DNA from: Felis catus
Taxonomy: Eukaryota
Length of the DNA: 64,000 nucleotides
Reading direction: 5' to 3'
Assembly (NCBI RefSeq): GCF_018350175.1
Contig: NC_058368.1
Span: forward strand, 156,366,001 to 156,430,000
Shown here: piece after piece, positions 11,601-20,600 of the stretch
Numbering within the stretch: the first letter of the stretch is position 1
Layout of the letters: every line of letters starts with the position of its first letter
The notes under the pieces: generated by a model
Databases searched by the model: none
Told to the model about the DNA's origin: nothing
Seen by the model: the letters and a program-made list of their open reading frames with translations, nothing else
Made by a program: the position numbers and the translations under genes

Positions 11601-14600
11601 GATGTACCAGGCACTGTGCTGAGGAGTAGGGAAAATAAATAAGACCACGTGTCAGACTTCAAGGTGCTTACTATTTAGTTAGTGGTGAAAACAGTACATG
11701 GAAACTGTTAATTACATTTAGTGTATAGTGTGTATTGTACGTTGGCAAATTTAAGTACAAGGGATAGGTATTTAGAGAAACAGGTGACTAATGTATCTCA
11801 ATTGTTTGGCCCAAAGAAGGCCTCACGAAAAAAGAGAAGATATTTAGGAATACTTAAAACTTCTTTTGACTATCAGCCTAAGAAAGAAAGTAAAAAGTGA
11901 ACCACACAAAGTCTTAGAGAAATATAACAGGAACAATAGAAAAAACATACACTTTTTGTGGCAGATCAACTAATTTGTGACCCAGATGTATAGTTTATTA
12001 GTTTTCTGACGGTAGGAAAGTAATTTAACCTGAGACTGAATTTCTTTTTTTGTGCATCAAAGTTCATACTTTCTCATTTTGGTTGTTGTGAAAACTATTA
12101 AAAATGTTACTCTGGACTAATATTTATTGAATGATTATTATGTGCCAGGCTCTGTGCTAAGCATTATTCATTCTTCCTTCCCTCCCTTCTTTCCTTCCTG
12201 TAGTCTCCATACAGCATGGGCTCTAACTCATGATCCCAGTATCAAGAGTCAAATGACCTTCTGACTGAGCCAGCCAGGCACCCCTGTATACCCTTAATCT
12301 TATTTTAAACCTCATGTTCCTGTGTCTATGTATTATAGCCTCATTTTATAGTTGGTGAAATGAGGTAGAGTCATGTTAAATTATTTTTCCATGCTCCTAC
12401 AACTGGCATGTGTCAGACCAAAAATTTAGAGTCAAGCACTCAGTAAAAAGACTTTTCTTGAACTCCCTTTCCTTTACTCATTTTGGATATTAATAGATTT
12501 CCTTGATATTCACCTGGTCTCTCTCTGGGTATTAAAAATACTTAATTCTGTAAACAGTACTAGAACCAGTAGTCAGTCATAAGATCTTGAGACATCATTT
12601 AAGAATCAGAGTATAAATAATAGTTAAGAACCATGTAGAGCACTCTTTCTCTACTTGACCTCTCTGATTCTTCATGTCTTCTCATGAAGTCATTCACGTT
12701 GTGTGGTAAATGCCATGGCTGAATCAAATAATAAGACTTGAAGACCAGAGCCTATCCATACCTAAGTGCCAAACAGTACACCCCATCAAATACTGAATCA
12801 GAAGTCAGGCCAACTGTTACTGCACACTATGCTACTCTCCTCCTAGATAATAGAATAATTTACTGAATAAGTAGGCTTTGGGTCATCTATCTGGAACATA
12901 GCATTATACTATATAAAAGAGACTAGACATAACCCTTTTTGCCTAGGTCATATAGGAGACAAACACTTAACACAATGCCTAGTACATAGTTGGCACTAAA
13001 GGAATATTTATAAAAAGAATTAAGAAATGAATATGTACAGATAAATAAAATAATTCCTATATATTTCATTAAAGTAGCCAATTAGAGTATTGGTGGTTTG
13101 GAGAAAATTATACGTTGATCATTTGTTTAGCTCTAAAAATATAGATGATTTTAAAAATCTTGTATATGCCGTGGTTTATCAGGTTATGATTTTTAATTGT
13201 TTAATTTATGTAGAGTACTTGCATTATAAATCTTAATTCACAGATCAGTGTATAACATCTGAAACAGATACATAAGTAAATATATTCAGGATTAGAAAAC
13301 AGTATGTTCTTGCTAGTTGTTAATGGTAATGGAATGTTCTGTTGAGTATTCTGTTTTACTGGAATCCATGTGGGAGTAATTCATTCTGTATTTTAGACAT
13401 TTTTTGATGATCTGGGCTTGAGGATTTATCCTCCCATTGTCAACCAGGTAAAATTTAAAGCCAGATATTTACTTTTATCCCACTTCAAGGTGTGCTTGTA
13501 CATTCAGAGTACTTCTTTCTTTCATGCCAGGAATAGGAAGGAAGAAAGGTATTCCTTTTTCATAGTTTTCGTTTTTACCTTCCTGAATAACTGAAAGATG
13601 TCCGTCAGGTACTCCCAGGAATTCTTCTCTGATTGGAAGATTGCAGCCTGCTTAAAGGACCGTCTGTGTACACGGGAATCCCAGTACAAGTGAAAGGGAA
13701 CCAAAGATGATACCATAGGCCTTACCCATTTCAATTTCTATCATAATTGTTTTTTAAGAGGACAGTGATTCTTTAGTCTCAGTGTAAAGGTAGTTAATCT
13801 CTGAATACTCTTCTGTAAGGGCATTGTGGGATCTGTTAGGAACTCATCTTTGCTTCCTTCTCTTTACCCCACTAAACTTTTAGAATTCTATGTATAGGTA
13901 CATATGCAAATGTCTTTAACATTATTGGTAGGTGGTTTATGAATTCAGTTTGGATTTCTTGGCAAGAGAAATTTTAAATATTTGAGATAGAGTTAGGTAA
14001 AAATGATTGTTTATCTCTGTTCAAGTAAAATAGGAGCTGTGAATTCATCTATTAAGCCTCTTTTCCTCTTTGTATGTAGTAGACTTTCCGATGAGAAGTC
14101 TTACCAGTAAAAAGCTGAAAAATTATCTGGCATGTAATCTATAATCTGAAACTTTTCTATCTATATTATACCTTTAACTTGGTCAGGAATGAGATAAAAT
14201 ATTTCTGTTCATGATTATTCATAAAAAGGATTAATTGTTGCTAGACCAACAAAGCATTACATTTTTTGGAGACACACAGAAATCACTTTATTAGGACCTT
14301 TGTTTTGAAGTTTTTATTTTTTCTGGAAAGAATTTATTGGTAATAACTTCTGATATAGGAGAATGCATTTTACCTATTAACTAAAGGATTTTGCAATTAT
14401 AGATACATTTGGTTAACATAAAAAAGTACATAATGTTGAAATTATACTTAACTGATTGTCTGAACCATTTATATATACGTACAGAGAGAAATTCAGAATG
14501 ATGAAGATTCCCAGACCAATTCTGTTTGGAATAAACATAGCAATCAGGAAAAAAACAAAGATTTCTGGAAGGATAGGGGATTTCTTGAAATGAAAGGTGC

Positions 14601-17600
14601 CTTAAAAGAGACCATGCATAGAACCCAGGTAAAACTTTATGGACCAAAAATGTATATTTCTGGTTCTTATGTAATTGTTTGAGATGCAATATGGCAATGT
14701 AGAAATAACACAAATTTTGGAATCAGAGCTAGTATTTGAACCCAGCTCTATGTTTTATTGTGTGTGATTTGAGCTTACCAAGATACTGCCCTCTGTCTCT
14801 TCAGACTCTTATTGAAATAATGCATATATGCATATAGAAACACACAGTTCCTAGTATGTAGTGTGTTCTCAGCACATGAGAATTACTTAAAATTCCCCTG
14901 TATTTTTAATATGGATGTGTTTCTTATAAAGGACTCTTATCTGTCAGCAATATGTGTATTCATAATTCATGATCTGAAGTCTAGTATTTTGCTGCATACA
15001 GAACAAAATTTTTTTAATGATACAAATGAATTCTGTTTTGAGTAAGGAAAACAAACAGGAAGTACTTTGAACTTGGAGCAATGAAATGTACCTTAAGGAA
15101 GCATGTATGTGGCTCTCATGTAATATTTTTCAAATAGCAGCAACCAAAAAAAGGCATTATTAGTTTTATCCTAGAATAGCTAATGTTTAAGTATGCTCAG
15201 TTTCATATTGTGTTTTATAAAACAGACTCTTTAGTTGATGTACCAAGTTCTATACCTAGTAATTATTATTACTTAACCTAAACTAAAATGTTTTTAAATG
15301 TGACGAGAAAGAAATTAAAAATTTTGTTTTCACTGCATCTTTTACTGCATCAGAAATTTTACAAAGAGCATTTGAAGTAGTATTTGGAACTTCATAAAAT
15401 GAACAGTGCCTTAAATTATATGTGGAGAGATTAGATAAAACTTTACAACAGATTAAAATATTAATGCAATTTTTTCTGGCTTTTCCAAAGTATAACTGAT
15501 ATTTATGTGATTTATAAGACTGCTTTCTATGACTACATGTACATGGTCTTAATAAGAGGCTTTTTGAGTCAGTCTATGAAAAATGCATTATAAACCACCG
15601 TATAAAAATTTTGACATATAGAAAGGAATTTAAAATGGAGTTACTGGGGCGCCTGGGTGGCTCAGTCGGTTAAGCGTCCGACTTCAGCTCAGGTTACGAT
15701 CTCGCGGTCCGTGAGTTCGGGCCCCGCGTCGGGCTCTGTGCTGATGGCTCAGAGCCTGGAGCCTGTTTCAGATTCTGTGTCTCCCTCTCTCTGACCCTCC
15801 CCTGTTCATGCTCTGTCTCTCTGTCTCAAAAATAAATAAACGTTAAAAAAAATAAAAAATAAAAAAAAATAAAATAAAAAAATAAAATAAAATGGAGTTA
15901 CTAAAATAAACTTAGTTTTTATTTAACATGGAAAAAATCAAATGGAGATTTTGTGAAAGATAGGGAAATTAAGAAAAAGACATCAATTTATATTGGATTT
16001 AAAATTCAGGTAGAAATTTCTATTTTTAAAAATAAGTTTCTTTGTACAAAAAGCAGACTCTTAAATATAGAGAACTGGTGATTATCAGAGGGGAGGTGGG
16101 TGACAGGATGGGTGAAATAGGTGAACTTTGTTAAAGAGTACACTTACCATGATGAGCACTGTGTAATGTATAGAATTGTTGAATCCTTATATGCCCGTAA
16201 CTAATATAATGAATATATATAATTTAGAATGCTTGTATAACTTTATAAAATGAATATAAACAATATGGTTTTAATACTTCTTACTCTGTTTATTATTAAA
16301 CCTATGTTCTATAAAAAGATTTTTTTGAGGTGTTTTTATTTGATATGCCTAATAATGGCAAGTTTCTATTTGATCTCTAGTCTAAAATTATTTTTACAAA
16401 TATTTGGAAAAATAAAATAATGGAGATAAATAACCTAATAGTGTTTTGACTGGTCACATGATAAATGGTGGGGAGAGGGGAAGAAAGATTCCAAGAAAGA
16501 CTAAGTTAATAAAAGTACCTATATGAAATGTATATGTCAACACAGTATAAACCTTTCTCAACTAAAAATGTGTATTTCTCTGCTTCATCCAAATATAACT
16601 AATTCACAAGGCTCTTTGCCATAGTTAATCTCATATGTATGTTACAGAAAACCTGCCTTCCTGAGTAGGTGTTTCTATTGTGACTTGCATTGGTTGAGGC
16701 TATATTGCATCCACAGTCTAACTAAAGTCTTCTTACATGCACATAGAAAGAAAAGCAAAATCATGATGAAGATGTTAACGTTAGTTCTCTTTTGACTGGC
16801 CATCACAAAAAACAAAAATTCAGAGATTCCAATAAAGATTTGAAATTTGTTAAAATGAGAGATGCCTTAGGAAGGTGCATGTATGGAAGTCAGGTAAGAT
16901 CTTCTAAATGAAAAATAATTTATATTTTACAACTCTTTTCTAAATTTACCAAATGTAATGATATTCATAAAATTGCTTCTTTGTAATTACATTATAAAAT
17001 GTTTATAAGGCATTGGTATACAATTTTAAAAGTCTGCAAAAGTGACTGCTATCTGTGCATCAGCTAGGTTAAGAAATAAGAGCATTACCAGTTTTGTAAG
17101 ATCTTGCTGTGTGTCATTTCTAAACTGTGTCCTCTTTTTCTCCCTCATACCCACAGATGACCTCTATCTTGGCATTTGTGTTATTTTCTTGTTTTTCGTT
17201 ACACTTTTGCCAGCTGTGTATTTATAATTTATGGTATTGATAGCCTTCTGTGACTTTTTTTTTTGTGGTGCATATAATGTTTAATTGATTCACAACTCTT
17301 TTTTTTTTTTTTTTTTAAGAATTTTTTTGTTGTTTGTTTTTGAGAGAAAGCACATGCAAGTGGGGAAGGGGCAGAAAGAGACCGAGAGAGAGAATCCCAA
17401 GGAGGCTCCATACTCAGTGAGGAGCCCAAAGCCCAATGTGGGGCTCAATCCCACCACTGTGAGATCACAACCTGAACCAATATGAAAGAGTCAGACGCTC
17501 AACCAGCTGACCCACCCAGGCACCCCTCACAACTTTATCTTTTATCCATTTTATTCATTCATATAAGTAAATTTTTGGGTTTCATTTTCTTGGTGTGTGT

Positions 17601-20600
17601 TTGATTGGTTTGTATTTGCAGTTATGAACGGTTGTGCCATGAACAGTGTGAACATTTTCTTACATGACTCTTGGCACACGTGTTCATGAGTTTCTCTAGC
17701 TTAGGATATATTCCATGGAGGGGATTTGCTGTGTGGTAAGGACTGCATATTTAACTGTAGTAGGTAATGCCCAACTGTTTTCTAAAACATTTTACTAATG
17801 TATACCCACTTTAACAATGGATGAGATTTCCTGTTGTATAAAACTATTATGTTTTTAACAGGGTATACTTGTGTTAGAAGTCAGACTCTTGAGGGGCCCG
17901 TGGGTGGCTCAGTCGGTTAAGCATCCGACTTCGGCTCAGGTCATGATCTGCCAGTTCGTGAGTTTGAGTCCCACCCCCGGGCTCTGTGCTGACAACTCAG
18001 AGCCTGGAGTCTGCTTGGATTCTGTGTCTTCCACTCTCTGCTCCTCCCCTGCTTGCGCTCTCTTTCTGTCTCTCAAAAAATGAATAAATGTTAAAAAAAT
18101 TTTTAAAACAAAAAGAAGTCAGACTCTTGAGTTTGTTTGGATTTTGTAATACATATCATTCATATTGAGGTTTAATTGTGGTCTACATACTTATAGAAGG
18201 AAATTAAGAAAAAGGATGAAGATGTTCAAAGGAGTTATACTTTGAGGAAAAAACGCAAAAAAGGAAATGAAAGAGATTCCAGGAAAGACATTGAACGTAA
18301 CAAAATTAGAAGTACCTCAAGAAAGCACATATATAGAGATGAGGTAAAACTTTGTAAGCTCAGCTAAACAGTTCATTTTTTCTGTTTCTTCTATAATAAA
18401 ATCTAGACATAGAATCTTATTTTTAATATTGCTTGCTGTGTCAAATATAACCTGCACATCTTATGGAAAAAAATTGTCTTCAGTTGGTCTGGTGTGATAT
18501 TTATAACTAATGTTATAATTAACTTTGGTTTATAAGGAAAGTATTTTTACATGCATACACAAAGAAATTTGAATTAATAGTCAGGATTTTAAAATGTATT
18601 CTTTTTTTCCTGTCACAAAAAAGAAAAAGAAACAAAGTTTCTGAAAAAAGAAGCTAAAATTTCTAAAAAATTTCCTAAAATTCCTATGAAAAATACCTTG
18701 AGACTACATATGTATGTAGTTTGGGTAATACATTCCTAATCTAAATGTTAGTTTTTGTCTTTCTCTTCCCTGGTATAATACAGATTATTTTTGATAAGAT
18801 GGCTTGTCTTTTGAATGGGATCCCTCTTGAGTTAATTTTTCTAGGGTACAAATTAATGTAAACTACAGCATGTTTACATACTATATTCAGAAAAATCTTG
18901 AGAAAAATGATAAAGGTAGACAAATAATGAATCATATTATGTGTGACCGTGGCAACAAAAAGGAGGTGGAGAGATTCCAGGAAAGATTAGAAATAGGTAA
19001 AACTCTCCAAATTAAAATGTTTGCTACTTTAAACTCTATTTCATTCTGTAATTTTCATGAAATATGATCGTAAAGGTCTTTGTTGAGATTAATGCTGCAT
19101 GAATGAGTTGTTTTTGTATTCTTTTGTTCATTATGATACTTAGATTTGTGGTGAAATTGCTTTAGTACACTGTCTAAAGTACTTTTATGTGTATGCAGAA
19201 AGAAATGAAGAATTCCATTTTTGCTGATGGTGCCAAAGAATCAAATCCCAAGGATGTCAGGACAGATGTGGATATTGTTGAAATAAAAAATGACCTAAGG
19301 AAGCACATATATAGAGCTCAGGTAGAACTTGCCATACTAAAATTTTCTCTAGTTTCATGTCCTCCTTTGGTGTAGCCAAAATATAATAATAGTAATGACT
19401 CATTATTATATTTAACGTATCTTAAAATTTCTCAGTTTATTCCTTTGTTATGAACAGTAATGTATTTGGACATTTAATAAGTAAGCTGAATTCTCTGCCA
19501 TTTATAGCTCACTGACGCTGGAGATAAATTGGGTGTTTATAAACTGCTGTATCTTGGTGCAGTAATGCTTGCTAGCCTGATCTTAGAGGACGACGGCTGG
19601 GTAATGGCCTTTGTTCTGGGTCAGCCTCAGTTTTAGGCAGCTCTTGAGAGTTTGGGGGAAAGGGCTTTCTCAGTGATCTTGCCCTGCCCCCAGTGGTAGG
19701 AGATTGCTAATGATCTGGGACCCTGATCTTTTCTTGTACTTCTTCAGGAGTAAAGATTTTTTTTTCCTGTTCACTTACCCAGAGGTTTATGGCTTTTCAC
19801 TTCTACATCCTAGGTGGAAGCCAAAGCTTTATCATTGTTTTAATTTGTATTTCTTTTGGTAATAGCAAGTTTGAGCATATTTTATAACTTCACTTACCAT
19901 TTGTGTATTTCTGTCTCTGTCACCTGCATACTTAGATTCTTTTTCAGTTTTCCATTAGGTTATTTTATATCATTGTATCTGAAACTCATTATATAATCAG
20001 ATTATTATCTCTTTTTATGTTGGTTGCAAATGTTTTTCCAGTCTAATCTTTGAAACCAATATACAATTGTAGATATTTTAGAACAGTGGAGGAAGATGGT
20101 TATTGTATAGAAAACATGACTATATTTTTTATTCTCTGGACTTTTATACAAAATGTTCTTCCCATTTGTATTTCTAATTATTAAAATACTAAGGACTGTG
20201 GACCTCTTCAGTTCTTCAAAGCGAATATGACTTTAATTTTTAAGTTATTTTAGTTTAGAAAGAGAAAATAGAGCATGTTCCAGATCAATTATAGCTATTA
20301 ATATGCTTCTGAGTCTGTTTTGTAAGTTTCCCCAAGGTTTTATTTTTTTATACACTATAATGTATTGTTCTATCTGAAAAAAAAATTATTAATTTTGGTA
20401 ATATGGTTGCTATTTTGTAGGCTATCAGATACAGCTGCATTAGAATAGATAAACAACCAGTGTACAATATTGAGGTAAGGGGCTTGGAGCAGGGTGGTGA
20501 TGGGGGCAAAAAATAAACTTTGTGTTTTGCATTGTTAGTTATTTTGATATAAAGGAATGTGTTGTCTGTGTAGCAAAGCTTGCCATCAAATGTGAAATGT

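Noticed and set aside
13522..13734. Minus-strand 70-aa ORF as a retrocopy
   Set aside because: No recognisable homology, poly(A) tail or TSD.
14140..14300. Possible eleventh array unit one period upstream of exon 6
   Set aside because: Only faint similarity (tctgaaactttt..., atttctgttc) and no recognisable 3' motif or splice sites. A profile search is needed before counting it.
15646..15730. tRNA gene
   Set aside because: The A/B-box-like sequence is the tRNA-derived head of a SINE, followed by the (CT)n tract and A tail.
14440..19360. CRISPR-like or prokaryotic interpretation of the periodic repeats
   Set aside because: The context is a eukaryotic intron-exon structure. The units are diverged exon paralogues, not identical repeats with spacers.
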